Origin: Peptococcaceae bacterium UBA5318
Lineage (GTDB): Bacteria; Bacillota; Peptococcia; DRI-13; UBA5318
Assembly: GCA_002408285.1 (NCBI GenBank)
Contig: DHRG01000044.1
Coordinates: 73,101-137,100 of the forward strand
DNA: 64,000 nucleotides
Direction: 5' to 3'
Part shown: positions 20,037 through 29,804 of the stretch, piece after piece
Position numbering within the stretch: the first letter of the stretch is position 1
Layout: each line of letters starts with the position of its first letter
Made by a program: the position numbers and the translations under genes
Notes under the pieces: model-generated
Told to the model about the DNA's origin: nothing
Database searches by the model: none
The model's input: the letters and a program-made list of their open reading frames with translations, nothing else

Positions 20037-20149
20037 AAGTTTTCCTCCCTTTTCATTCGAAGTCTTTTGAACGTTAGATTTCCCAGGTTAAGAATAAATA
20101 TGTATATTAACCTGCCCCACGTGTAATATAATGATAAACATAAAGGGGA

Positions 20150-21943
20150 GTGAAGGAATTGAAAAAGCGTGCTGAAATACCTTCCCGGCACACCTGGGAT
20201 TTGACTCCGTTATATCAAGACCAGGCTGCCTGGGAAAAGGATTTGCAGTTCATTTTAAATTTATCGGAAAAAATAGCTGCCAAAAGAGGACAGCTTACCG
20301 TCGGCGCCCAAAATCTACTGGAAGTTCTGCAACAAAGCGATGAATTGAGTCTGCGCCTAGAGTGGGCGGGATCCTATGCAAAAATGTCCTTTGACGTGGA
20401 TATGGGGGATGCCGCCGCCAAAAATAACTTTGAAAAAATCGACAATCTTTATACAAAAATTGGCGATCAACTGGCCTTTTACGAACCGGAATTATTAACG
20501 CTCACTCCTGAAACATTCCGGCGCTACCGGCAGGAGCTCCCCGCCCTTACCGCTTATTCCTTTATGTTTGAAAAGCTGTTCAAGCGCCAAGAACATGTCC
20601 TCACCCCACAAGAAGAAGAAATCTTGGCCCGTATGAGTTCCCTGGGGGGAAGCTTCCACAAAATCTACGATGACCTTGCTGTGAATGATTTATCCTTTCC
20701 GGAAATCGAGGGAGAAAATGGTGAGAAGCTTATCGCTAATGAGGCAAACTACCGTAAAATCTTAAATTCCTATAACCGCCCACTCCGGGAAAGATACTTC
20801 AAGGGTCTTCTGGGAACCTATGGCTCCCATATTAATTCTCTGGCTTCTACCACCTATGGAAACGTCAAATATATGATCCATATGGCCAAGACCCGCAAAT
20901 ATCAATCATCCCGGCACATGGCCCTTGATGAAGATTTTATCCCGTTAGCGGTATATGATACCCTGATTAAAACCATTCGCTCCAATGTCCATTTGCTGCA
21001 GCGCTACCTCGACTACCGAAAACAGGCCTTAGGTTATGAGGAGCTTCATTTCTATGACCTCTTCGTGCCCCTTATTCCTGATCTTCAGGAATCCTTTACT
21101 TTTGAAAACGCCCGTGATACGGTTCTGGAAGCCTTAGCCATCCTGGGTGAAGACTATCACCGTGTTCTGCTGCAAGCCTTTGACGAACGTTGGCTCGATA
21201 TATACCCTAACAAAGGCAAAACATCCGGAGCTTATGCCAATGGTATTTACGGTCTGCACCCCTATTCTCTTCTCAATTTTAACGGCACCCTGGAAGATGT
21301 CTTTACCATGGCTCATGAGCTTGGGCATGTCATGCATAGTTATTACAGTAATAAAACGCAAGCCTACGTCGATTCGAATTATGTGATCTTTACCGCCGAA
21401 GTCACTTCCACGGTAAATGAATACCTTTTGTTCCGTTATTTGCTGCAAAAAACTACCGGCCAAAAAATGCAGGCTTATCTTTTAAGCCTGCATTTGGATA
21501 GCATCCGTTCCACTTTGTACCGTCAAGCCTTTTTCGCCGACTTTGAGATGCGGATGCACCGGATGGCTGAAGAAGACGTGCCTTTAACCCCGGAGCTATT
21601 ATGCGGAAAATACCGGGAACTGTATACTTACTACCACGGCCCTCAATTTGTCGTGGATGAGGAACTCACTTATGAATGGTCACGCATTCCGCATTTTTAT
21701 AATTCCTTTTATGTCTATCAATATGCCACAGGGATCTCAGCCGCCATTTCCCTGGCTAAAGGCATACTTACGCAAAAGCCCCGGGCTTTGGAGGCTTACC
21801 TGCTCTTTTTGACCCGGGGCGGCTCCGACTATCCCCTTCCTTTGCTAAAAGAAGCCGGAGTGGACATGTCAACGTCCGCTCCGGTCATCGCAACCTTACA
21901 GGATTTTTCCGAAACCCTTGATCTTCTGCGTCAAACCCTTTGA
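20150..21943 (+). CDS. pepF: Oligoendopeptidase F (M3B family)
   Basis: 597 aa with the zinc motif HELGH (MAHELGHVMHSYY) and full-length PepF-like sequence. Confidence 0.9.
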   Translation: MKELKKRAEIPSRHTWDLTPLYQDQAAWEKDLQFILNLSEKIAAKRGQLTVGAQNLLEVLQQSDELSLRLEWAGSYAKMSFDVDMGDAAAKNNFEKIDNLYTKIGDQLAFYEPELLTLTPETFRRYRQELPALTAYSFMFEKLFKRQEHVLTPQEEEILARMSSLGGSFHKIYDDLAVNDLSFPEIEGENGEKLIANEANYRKILNSYNRPLRERYFKGLLGTYGSHINSLASTTYGNVKYMIHMAKTRKYQSSRHMALDEDFIPLAVYDTLIKTIRSNVHLLQRYLDYRKQALGYEELHFYDLFVPLIPDLQESFTFENARDTVLEALAILGEDYHRVLLQAFDERWLDIYPNKGKTSGAYANGIYGLHPYSLLNFNGTLEDVFTMAHELGHVMHSYYSNKTQAYVDSNYVIFTAEVTSTVNEYLLFRYLLQKTTGQKMQAYLLSLHLDSIRSTLYRQAFFADFEMRMHRMAEEDVPLTPELLCGKYRELYTYYHGPQFVVDEELTYEWSRIPHFYNSFYVYQYATGISAAISLAKGILTQKPRALEAYLLFLTRGGSDYPLPLLKEAGVDMSTSAPVIATLQDFSETLDLLRQTL

Positions 21944-21952
21944 TTTTTTGAT

Positions 21953-22402
21953 CTATCTTCCGCTGGAACCAAACCCTCCGCCCCGGTTGCCGCCTATTTC
22001 CGCTACGCTGCCGACCTGTTTGAACTCGATCCTGGGAACCTTCTGCAGCACCATTTGGGCGATCCTCTCTCCCTTTTTGATTTGATAAGACCCCTCCTGC
22101 GCTGTGTTGTGCATGATAATCCCCACCTCATCCCGATACCCGGCATCGATGGTGCCGGGGCTGTTAGCCACCCGCAGGGGAGTTTTGAGCGACATTCCGC
22201 TGCGGGGTCTTATTTGTACCTCATAGCCTTCAGGAATGGCTATTTTCAAACCGGTAGGAATCAAACGTGTCTGTCCCGCCGCTATGTTATCATCTTGAAC
22301 GGCATAAATATCCATCCCTGCATCTTGCATCCTGGCGTAAGTAGGTTTCACAGCGTCCGGATGACATAACTCCAGATAAATCTCTACAGCTTCCCTTTCC
22401 AT
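21953..22402 (-). CDS. dut: dUTP diphosphatase (trimeric dUTPase)
   Basis: 149 aa with dUTPase motifs (AGMDIY, RPRSG, GTIDAGYRDE, RGGGFGSSG). Confidence 0.9.
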   Translation of the reverse strand: MEREAVEIYLELCHPDAVKPTYARMQDAGMDIYAVQDDNIAAGQTRLIPTGLKIAIPEGYEVQIRPRSGMSLKTPLRVANSPGTIDAGYRDEVGIIMHNTAQEGSYQIKKGERIAQMVLQKVPRIEFKQVGSVAEIGGNRGGGFGSSGR

Positions 22403-22516
22403 CTTTTACTCTCCCTTTCCCTTGTTAAATTTTTATTGTTTATAGCGCAAATGAATAAAAGAACATCTATTGTACAAAATATAATTGCCGATTATATTGA
22501 TAAGGGGATGGAAATC

Positions 22517-22645
22517 ATGGGCTTACTTGATACGATCTCCGCCTATTTTAAACCGCGAACCCCAGCAATTATGCAAGGCCAAACCCTGCACATCAAAGAC
22601 CGCGTCATGATCAAAGTCCGTCCGCGCCGCAACGACCGTCCCTAA
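22517..22645 (+). CDS. Small hypothetical protein (42 aa)
   Basis: ATG 22517 lies 8 nt downstream of AAGGGGA. Basic C-terminus (KVRPRRNDRP). No recognisable family, so coding status is uncertain. Confidence 0.2.
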   Translation: MGLLDTISAYFKPRTPAIMQGQTLHIKDRVMIKVRPRRNDRP

Positions 22646-22694
22646 TGCTCCAGCCTAAACGGCTAATTTTTCTATTGCGATATTTTTTGTTTAG

Positions 22695-24848
22695 TCAGGC
22701 TATCCTGATCTTATTATCATTGCAACGCGGCAGAAATATAATAAAGGATGTTCCACGACCCAATTCGCTTTCAATCTCTATCCGTCCGCGATGTTCCCTG
22801 ACAATTTGATAACAGATACTTAACCCCAAACCTGTTCCGTTATCTTTCGTGGTAAAAAACGGAGTTCCTACCCGGATTATATCTTCCTCCGACATGCCTT
22901 TGCCATTATCTGAGATTTTTACATAAACCTCATCGGAAACGGAACTATATCCGGTACTGATTGATAACTCCGGTTTTTCCAAATCACTCATAGCCTCCAT
23001 AGCGTTTTGCACAATATTTAAGATCACTTGTTTGATTTGTTCGGCATCGACCCAAACTATCTTATCTTCTTCATGCAATGTTATGGTGAGATTAATGTTT
23101 TTGACATAAGAATTTGTTTCGATCATCATATGTAACGAACGAATGATCTCATTAATCGGAACCTTTTCTAAAACAGGGATACGGGGTTTGGCAAACTTTA
23201 AGAAATCTGTTACCACCTTGTTCAGACGGTCTGTTTCTTTATTGATTAGGTGGGCGCATTCGTTGATCTTATTATCATGGCAAATGTAAGTGATGATCTG
23301 GCTGAATCCTTTGATAGCAGTCAAGGGATTCCTGATTTCATGAACAATGCCCGTAGCCATCTGTCCCAAGACCACCAGCTTTTCGTTTTGTTGAAATCTT
23401 TGCTGTTCTTTTTTCATGAGGGTTACGTCTGTCCCGACGATTATGGAGCCGATCACATCCCCGTCGATATTGGTGATGGATGTTTTTTGCACCAGCAATT
23501 CTTTTTCACAGCCGCTGGAAGACGTAAAAGACGCTTGAAAAACGCTGCCCGCATTTGCGCCGATTAGACACTTATAGTCTTCCTCCGGCGTATTCATATT
23601 GATTAATTTTTCAAAGTCCTCCATATTTTCGCCGATAATATCCCGCGCGTCCCTCTCAATAAAATCGGTGCAAGCCTCATTGCATAAAAGGACTTTATTG
23701 TTCTTATCAAACAGGAGCAGAGGATTGTGGATGGAGTTAACAATGGTCTGGGTTTGAAACTGCATATAATCCAATGCCTGCACCTCTTGCGCTTCATCAA
23801 AAATGCATATGGAATCGCCATTTGCCAATCGGTAAGCGTCAATGGAAACCTTGACGCTATTCCCCCAGTTGTTCTTGAAATTGCATAAATGATTCTTAAT
23901 AACCATGTGTTCCTTACTTAATTTTCGAATGATATGCTGCGCTTCGTTTTCGTATATTTTTTTGAGTATCTCCTGATCGTTTAGTCCCACTAATTCTTTA
24001 TCCTCGTAACCAAATAAACTTTGGGCTTTTTTATTGACAAAGAACATTTTGTAATCCGCACCATATATAGACAGGGCTACCGGAAGATTATTCAAAATCT
24101 CGTTCATATCCCTGTTAAACCGTTCCATTTTTTCATACGGATAAACAACAGTGCTGACAAAAATACCCTTAAACAAAAAATAGTAATAAATGATCCGCAG
24201 AATATGCGCCTGTATATTGAATAGGCCATTTGCCGTTTGGGATAATACAAAACTGAAATTGGAAATAGCGGAAATCACTAAAGCGATCAAGATATAGCAA
24301 TACGTCACCTTATCCCGTTGCTGTAATTTGTTCTTAATATTATAGCTGCTAAGGATTGTCCCCAGCAGGATCAAAAAAATAAAAGTGAAACCAGCCGGTA
24401 TCATGTTATTATTATAAAAATAGGAGGATATCAAGTTGGGATGGAGAGCGATTAAACCGGCGCTGCCGAAAGCAAAAAATATTGAAAGCATCAGGGCAGG
24501 CCATTTATTCATGTTAATATTAAATTGAGTTGTAATAATTAGGAAAACAGTTGCCTCCATTAATCTTACCAAAACAATAAAGTTTGTTTCTGATAACATA
24601 TGGAATAAATTATATATCGCGATAATTAAAAATATAGGCCCCAAAATCTGTCCAATATCGGGTTTTTGTTCATAAGTATACCACATCACCACAAAGATCA
24701 TGAGTGCTATGAAGATACAGCAATACTCGAAAAGGATATGAACGGTATAATAATACTGCACCCAGACAGTTTGCTGTACAAGAAATGAAATTAAAATTCC
24801 TCCCAGTACAGCCAGCAAAACAGTAGAATAAATTCTTTTGTTAACCAT
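22695..24848 (-). CDS. Orphan sensor histidine kinase (MASE3-like membrane domain, two PAS, HisKA, HATPase_c)
   Basis: About 230-aa polytopic N-terminus, PAS-like segments, H-box GIVHEIRNPLTAIKGF, and N/G boxes (NAMEAM, DNGKGM, GTGLGL). No response regulator gene is adjacent. Confidence 0.85.
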   Translation of the reverse strand: MVNKRIYSTVLLAVLGGILISFLVQQTVWVQYYYTVHILFEYCCIFIALMIFVVMWYTYEQKPDIGQILGPIFLIIAIYNLFHMLSETNFIVLVRLMEATVFLIITTQFNINMNKWPALMLSIFFAFGSAGLIALHPNLISSYFYNNNMIPAGFTFIFLILLGTILSSYNIKNKLQQRDKVTYCYILIALVISAISNFSFVLSQTANGLFNIQAHILRIIYYYFLFKGIFVSTVVYPYEKMERFNRDMNEILNNLPVALSIYGADYKMFFVNKKAQSLFGYEDKELVGLNDQEILKKIYENEAQHIIRKLSKEHMVIKNHLCNFKNNWGNSVKVSIDAYRLANGDSICIFDEAQEVQALDYMQFQTQTIVNSIHNPLLLFDKNNKVLLCNEACTDFIERDARDIIGENMEDFEKLINMNTPEEDYKCLIGANAGSVFQASFTSSSGCEKELLVQKTSITNIDGDVIGSIIVGTDVTLMKKEQQRFQQNEKLVVLGQMATGIVHEIRNPLTAIKGFSQIITYICHDNKINECAHLINKETDRLNKVVTDFLKFAKPRIPVLEKVPINEIIRSLHMMIETNSYVKNINLTITLHEEDKIVWVDAEQIKQVILNIVQNAMEAMSDLEKPELSISTGYSSVSDEVYVKISDNGKGMSEEDIIRVGTPFFTTKDNGTGLGLSICYQIVREHRGRIEIESELGRGTSFIIFLPRCNDNKIRIA

Positions 24849-24972
24849 AAAGCATACCCCCCTGGCAGGTTCTCCCTTTCATAATGTAGCATAATCATTT
24901 TACATAATTCCCGTATTTTGTGGCGAAAAATGTTTGCTGTAAAAATAATTCTGCAGCGAACGTTTTAGCTGA

Positions 24973-26502
24973 CTAGCTTCTATTGCCGTCAAATGAACGA
25001 TAATGGATCGCTTCCGCTACGTGGGCTGTTTCTATTTGCTCAGATCCGGCGAGATCCGCAATGGTCCGGGCTATTCTTAGGATACGATGATAAGCCCTGG
25101 CGGAGAATCCCATGCTTTGGAAGGCTTGCTGCAATATTTTTTTTGCCGGGAGAACTAAATGGCAATACTTTTTCACTTCCTTATTACCCATCATGGCGTT
25201 ACAGGAGAATCCATAGCCCTGAAAACGTTGGATCTGTATCTTTCTTGCTCTGATGACCCGTTGCCTGACCTGTACGGAAGATTCTGCCGCGCCGTGCTGG
25301 TCCAACTCCTGAAATGTCACACGGGGCACTTCGATATGGATATCAATCCGGTCTAAAAGCGGCCCCGATACCTTGCTGCGGTATTTATCAACCTGATAAG
25401 GAGTACAGGTACATTCTTTCAGCGGATCGCCAAAGTATCCGCAAGGACAAGGGTTTGCCGCCGCCGCCAATTGAAAGCGGGCTGGAAAAGTCGTGGTCAG
25501 ATGGACCCTTGACAGGGTCACAACATGATCTTCCAGAGGTTGACGCAGCGATTCCAAGACATCACGGCGATATTCCGGCAATTCATCAAGAAAAAGAACG
25601 CCATGGGTAGCCAAGGTTACCTCCCCCGGCTTAGGTACCGGCCCTCCCCCGATCATACCGGATGCTGAGGTAGTATGATGAGGGGAACGGAAGGGCCTTT
25701 GGGTAACAAGAGGACGGTCAGGCGTCAAGAATCCGCCTACACTATAGACCTCGCTTACTTCCAGAGCTTCCTGCTCCGTTAACGGAGGCAGAATCGAAGG
25801 CAGACACCTGGCTAACATACTTTTCCCTGAACCCGGCGAACCCACCAAAAAGATGTTGTGTCCCCCGGCAGCCGCTATCTCCAAAGCCCTTTTGGCGGTG
25901 TTCTGTCCTTTAACTTCCGCCAGGTCCGGGCCTGACAAATCCTGTTGACCAATAAATTCATGAAAGCTTATCCTATTAATAGGTAAAGACGTTTCAGGTT
26001 TCACCAAAAACCTTTGTACCTCATGCAAATTTCTGAATCCATAGGAGTTTAGGGGGGTCAAGGAAGCTTCCCGGCTGTTGTCCTGTGGAATAATCAAACC
26101 TTTACCGCCGAGTTTTTGAAGAAACAAGGCCATAGGCAATACCCCCGGCACCGGACGCAGCGTTCCATCCAGCGATAGCTCCCCTACCAGGACATATGAT
26201 CTTAAATGCCGGAGCGGCAACTGTTTTGTTGCCGCCAAGATACCTACCGCAATAGACAGATCAAAACCGGGGCCTTCCTTTTTGATGTCCGCGGGAGCTA
26301 AATTCACAATGATCCGGCGGGGAGGAAAAATGTATCCGCCGTTTTTAATAGCCGTCCGCACCCGCTCCTTACTTTCTTTTACTGAAAGATCAGGCAGTCC
26401 CACAATATCAAAATGAGGCAGGCCGCTGGAAACATCCACCTCCACCTCAATAAGATAGGGCTCCAGCCCAACAGTTGTGCAGCTAAAGACCTTAGCTAAC
26501 AA
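24973..26502 (-). CDS. comM: YifB/ComM family Mg-chelatase-like AAA+ ATPase
   Basis: 509 aa with an N-terminal Lon-protease-like domain, Walker A GSPGSGKS and a ChlI-like C-terminus. Confidence 0.9.
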   Translation of the reverse strand: MLAKVFSCTTVGLEPYLIEVEVDVSSGLPHFDIVGLPDLSVKESKERVRTAIKNGGYIFPPRRIIVNLAPADIKKEGPGFDLSIAVGILAATKQLPLRHLRSYVLVGELSLDGTLRPVPGVLPMALFLQKLGGKGLIIPQDNSREASLTPLNSYGFRNLHEVQRFLVKPETSLPINRISFHEFIGQQDLSGPDLAEVKGQNTAKRALEIAAAGGHNIFLVGSPGSGKSMLARCLPSILPPLTEQEALEVSEVYSVGGFLTPDRPLVTQRPFRSPHHTTSASGMIGGGPVPKPGEVTLATHGVLFLDELPEYRRDVLESLRQPLEDHVVTLSRVHLTTTFPARFQLAAAANPCPCGYFGDPLKECTCTPYQVDKYRSKVSGPLLDRIDIHIEVPRVTFQELDQHGAAESSVQVRQRVIRARKIQIQRFQGYGFSCNAMMGNKEVKKYCHLVLPAKKILQQAFQSMGFSARAYHRILRIARTIADLAGSEQIETAHVAEAIHYRSFDGNRS

Positions 26503-26772
26503 ATTGAATCACTCCAAAAGCGTTAATAGCATTTTATGGCTATTATACCATTTTATCGCTAACTTCTGCTCGTTTTATCAAAATTTTTATTCCTAATAAG
26601 AATATTATAAATATTTTTTTGCCGGGCAGCCTCCCTCAGCGCCGTACATATAGAAAGAAAACAAACCACCCTTTTGTTTTCAGTGGTTTGTTTGACCAAA
26701 CAGGATTTATTCAATTGGCTGAAGAAATAATAAACAGTCAGTCAAATTGATTTATGGAAAGGAAAAACCTTA

Positions 26773-27549
26773 ATGAAAAAACTATTATTTGCTATATCGT
26801 TGGCCTTGTTCCTGATGATTGGCGCCCCAGCCGTTTCCGCGCAAGATTCTATCAAAATCCTGGTAGATGGCCAGGAAAAATACCTGCCGGATGCAAAACC
26901 CCTTATCACTGCAGCGGGCAAAACTCTCTATCCCTTGCGGGCCATCGGGGAAATATTGGGAGCGACTGTTGATTGGAATCAGGACCAGCAATGTGTCACG
27001 CTGAAGAAAGACAACGATACGATTAAATTGGTTGCAGGGAGCAATAAAGTATTATTTAACCGTATCGAACTGGAATATGATACTTCCTTTGTCATCATAG
27101 ACGGCCGGGTCATGGCGCCTCTTCGCCTGCTGGCGGAATTACTTAACTGCTCTGTTGACTGGAGTCAGGAAGGGTATACGGTTTTAATCAAAATCAAGCA
27201 AAATAAAAGTCCGGTTCATGTTCTGGTCTGTAATGGTTTCCAAGTTGATAAAAACATCGGTCTGGATCTTAGCTTCCCGCTTTCCAGGATCTCTCTGGCC
27301 TGTCCGTTAATCACGAGGAAAAATGACCAGATGACGAAAGAACTGGTAACGCTGAAAGATCTATTATGCCAGCAAATACCGCGCGAAACCGTTGAAGAAG
27401 CTATCCGCTACTCACTTTTAACGCCGCCCGGAGATAAAACAAAACCCAACTCCTTTTATTTCAACGAAAATAAAAGTTTTGTGAATGTTATCTACCTGCG
27501 TCAAGAGAACTTTATAAATCAATGCATCTTTTCGGTTTATCAATACTAA
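26773..27549 (+). CDS. Secreted copper-amine-oxidase-N-domain (stalk-type) protein with an unknown C-terminal domain
   Basis: Signal peptide (MKKLLFAISLALFLMIGAPAVSA). Cu_amine_oxidN1-type repeat pattern (LVDGQ...PLRAIGEILGATVDWN..., GRVMAPLRLLAELLNCSVDWS). Confidence 0.65.
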   Translation: MKKLLFAISLALFLMIGAPAVSAQDSIKILVDGQEKYLPDAKPLITAAGKTLYPLRAIGEILGATVDWNQDQQCVTLKKDNDTIKLVAGSNKVLFNRIELEYDTSFVIIDGRVMAPLRLLAELLNCSVDWSQEGYTVLIKIKQNKSPVHVLVCNGFQVDKNIGLDLSFPLSRISLACPLITRKNDQMTKELVTLKDLLCQQIPRETVEEAIRYSLLTPPGDKTKPNSFYFNENKSFVNVIYLRQENFINQCIFSVYQY

Positions 27550-27551
27550 GC

Positions 27552-29687
27552 TTAAATCCCCATTTCATCCAGCTTTTGCAGTTCATAGCGTTTGATGATA
27601 TCCATCAGCTTCAGCGGGTATTTGGAATCGGTGGCATATCCGGCTCTTTTCAAAGCCCAGGCTCCTTGAGTACTGTCGTGCATGACGTTTCTGAAAGGTT
27701 CATACCTTGCGGCAGTCAGCAAGAGGCGCTTATGGTCTGTCCAGCTCTCAGTCACACTGCGGTAGGCCCGAAACTCAGCATCAATGCGGAAAGTAGCGCC
27801 GTTATATTCTTCCCAGGTATTGGAGGTCACCGAACCGTTTGTTCCGCTTCCCTTTATGCCAAAGAGGTTATTGGACATCTTACCTGTATATTTATCTACC
27901 GGAACGCTTTGTCCCCAGCCTGTTTCCAGAATGGCCTGCGCTGTCTGCAGCGCCGCGGACATGCCTGTTGTCTGCCAGGATTGGCTTGCTAAACCGGAGG
28001 CCAGGTCTAAAAACAGATCCTTCTCTACGACAGGCTTGGCCGGATAGATTTTACCGAGATAAACTCGGAAAGATATTTTTTCACTGGCAGTTTTTGTTCC
28101 CGCAGCGGAAATTCCTTCCGCCTGGATGACCCATCCTCCTTCGTCGCCTTGCGCCGGCGTCCAGGTGTATTCGGCCTGAGGGTCTAGCCCTTGGGCGATC
28201 ACTTTTTTAGCCCCCGTTTGGGGATTGATCAAGAAGTATTGAATACTTTGCAAATCAACATTGCTGGTGACTTTCAGCTTAACCGGACCGGTCACAACCT
28301 GTTTCGGTCCTATCCCTTCCAGGATCAGCCTGGGAACGCCCGTCAGCATAACGCTCACGCTGTCACTGGTATAAGCGACGCCTCTGGTATCCTTAACCCT
28401 GACAAGCAATTCTTTTGCTCCTGTCCGCTCCGGACCGGGAAACCACTTGTAGTTTGCGTACCCGACAACTGCAAGGACTTCCTCGCTGCCTGTCTGGGGA
28501 TCTTTTAATATATATTCGGTCTGGCTCACCTGGAAGTTGCGGGATACCCATAAAGTGACAGGCTTTTCTATCGTACCGCCGGCTGTAACGCCTTTCAGCT
28601 CCAGTTTCCGCGTCACGTCGACCTTGCCGGTGATTTCTTGACTGGGATAGGCCTGTCCATTTTTATCATAAGCGGTTATTTTGAAAGAAACATTCCCGTT
28701 GTCCTCTATCAGCGGCGTCCATTGGTATACTCCCTGGGGATCGGCTTCGTCTGTCACAAATACTTGATTCTTGTCTTGACCGGCAATTTCATATTTCACA
28801 TATGAAGCGTTGAAATTGACGCTTGCCGCTAAGGAAACGCTGTCGGTTATTACTTGTCCCGGCACGACGCCGCCCAACGACACCTGGGGAACCACCGCCA
28901 ATTGAACGGAGATAGCGTCACCGGCTAGAAATCTTCCCGCCTGGTCATAAACGGCGGCCACAAGGACCCGTTGTCCCTTTTCTTCAACATTCGGCAACCA
29001 ACGGTATGTGCCGGTTATCGCGTTTCCCCTGGCAATAACCACACCGAGTCCTGTTTCGGGGCTCAGCAGGAGATATTTTATTTCGGCAGCGCCGGCAGGC
29101 GGGGTTCCCGGAAAGGAAACCTGCAGATTCGTAACCCCTGTAACCGCCTGTCCGGATTGTACGGATGATATTTTCATATCAAAAAAAGGAGTCATATTGG
29201 CCGTTTGGGAGGAATCCACATTAACGGTTCTGCCGGCGTCGTCCCAGTTCACCAAAACACCTAAAGCGTTGCTGACTAAACGAAGGGGTACGAAAGTACG
29301 ATCGCTCATAATTTGCGGCGGTACATCGCATACATTAAAAACTTGCTCTCCTGTCCGATACTCCACCAGATGGCTGTCGATCCTCAAAAGTACTGAGCGG
29401 CCGCCTTTTTGAATATGTACGGTCCTATCTTTTTCATTCCATTCCACCAGCGCTCCTAATTGTTCGGAGATCAAACGCACCGGCACTAATGTCCGGCCGT
29501 TTTGAATCACCGGCGCCGGTGTAGTCTTAATATTTTGACCATCCACCACCAGCTTTATATCATTAGCCGCAAACCCCTGAGGAACACTCCCTAACATAAA
29601 AACAAGCGCCAGGGCCAGCACGGCCGCCAGCTTACGGTTCAATCCCCGAAACCTTGCCTGCATTTTATCCACACCCCTTTTGTTCAA
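27552..29687 (-). CDS. Cell-wall hydrolase: copper-amine-oxidase-N wall-binding domain, four Ig-like repeats, C-terminal GH73 N-acetylglucosaminidase
   Basis: Signal peptide, then a CuAO-N repeat pair (VPVRLISEQLGALVEWN, VPLRLVSNALGVLVNWD). Four modules of about 93 aa follow. C-terminal glucosaminidase motif (AQAILETGWGQS ... NNLFGIKG ... YATD). Confidence 0.75.
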   Translation of the reverse strand: MNKRGVDKMQARFRGLNRKLAAVLALALVFMLGSVPQGFAANDIKLVVDGQNIKTTPAPVIQNGRTLVPVRLISEQLGALVEWNEKDRTVHIQKGGRSVLLRIDSHLVEYRTGEQVFNVCDVPPQIMSDRTFVPLRLVSNALGVLVNWDDAGRTVNVDSSQTANMTPFFDMKISSVQSGQAVTGVTNLQVSFPGTPPAGAAEIKYLLLSPETGLGVVIARGNAITGTYRWLPNVEEKGQRVLVAAVYDQAGRFLAGDAISVQLAVVPQVSLGGVVPGQVITDSVSLAASVNFNASYVKYEIAGQDKNQVFVTDEADPQGVYQWTPLIEDNGNVSFKITAYDKNGQAYPSQEITGKVDVTRKLELKGVTAGGTIEKPVTLWVSRNFQVSQTEYILKDPQTGSEEVLAVVGYANYKWFPGPERTGAKELLVRVKDTRGVAYTSDSVSVMLTGVPRLILEGIGPKQVVTGPVKLKVTSNVDLQSIQYFLINPQTGAKKVIAQGLDPQAEYTWTPAQGDEGGWVIQAEGISAAGTKTASEKISFRVYLGKIYPAKPVVEKDLFLDLASGLASQSWQTTGMSAALQTAQAILETGWGQSVPVDKYTGKMSNNLFGIKGSGTNGSVTSNTWEEYNGATFRIDAEFRAYRSVTESWTDHKRLLLTAARYEPFRNVMHDSTQGAWALKRAGYATDSKYPLKLMDIIKRYELQKLDEMGI

Positions 29688-29749
29688 TTATGCATATTCA
29701 TACTATGATCTATTTTAGTATTTGACGGGCAAAAACACAAAAAGTTCCC

Positions 29750-29781
29750 TGAAAAAACAAACTACAGCATACGCTGTAGTC
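29750..29781 (-). terminator. Rho-independent terminator ending the hydantoinase-to-GcvPB operon
   Basis: The minus strand reads aaactacagcgtatgctgtagtttgttttttc. The stem is 29758-29768 / 29773-29780, and a T-run follows (plus-strand A-run 29752-29757). It lies 24 nt after the stop at 29805. Confidence 0.6.
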
Positions 29782-29804
29782 ACACGCCGTAGTTTTAATG
29801 GCAA

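Noticed and set aside
20037-20149. Divergent promoter region between the DUF1614 operon and pepF (TGTAATATAAT-like -10)
   Set aside because: I could not pair the -10-like sequence with a -35 at acceptable spacing. The support is too weak to annotate.
22436-22516. Longer 69-aa version of the small ORF between dut and the kinase
   Set aside because: There is no RBS at the upstream start. Only the internal ATG 22517 has a Shine-Dalgarno sequence, and even that ORF is low confidence.
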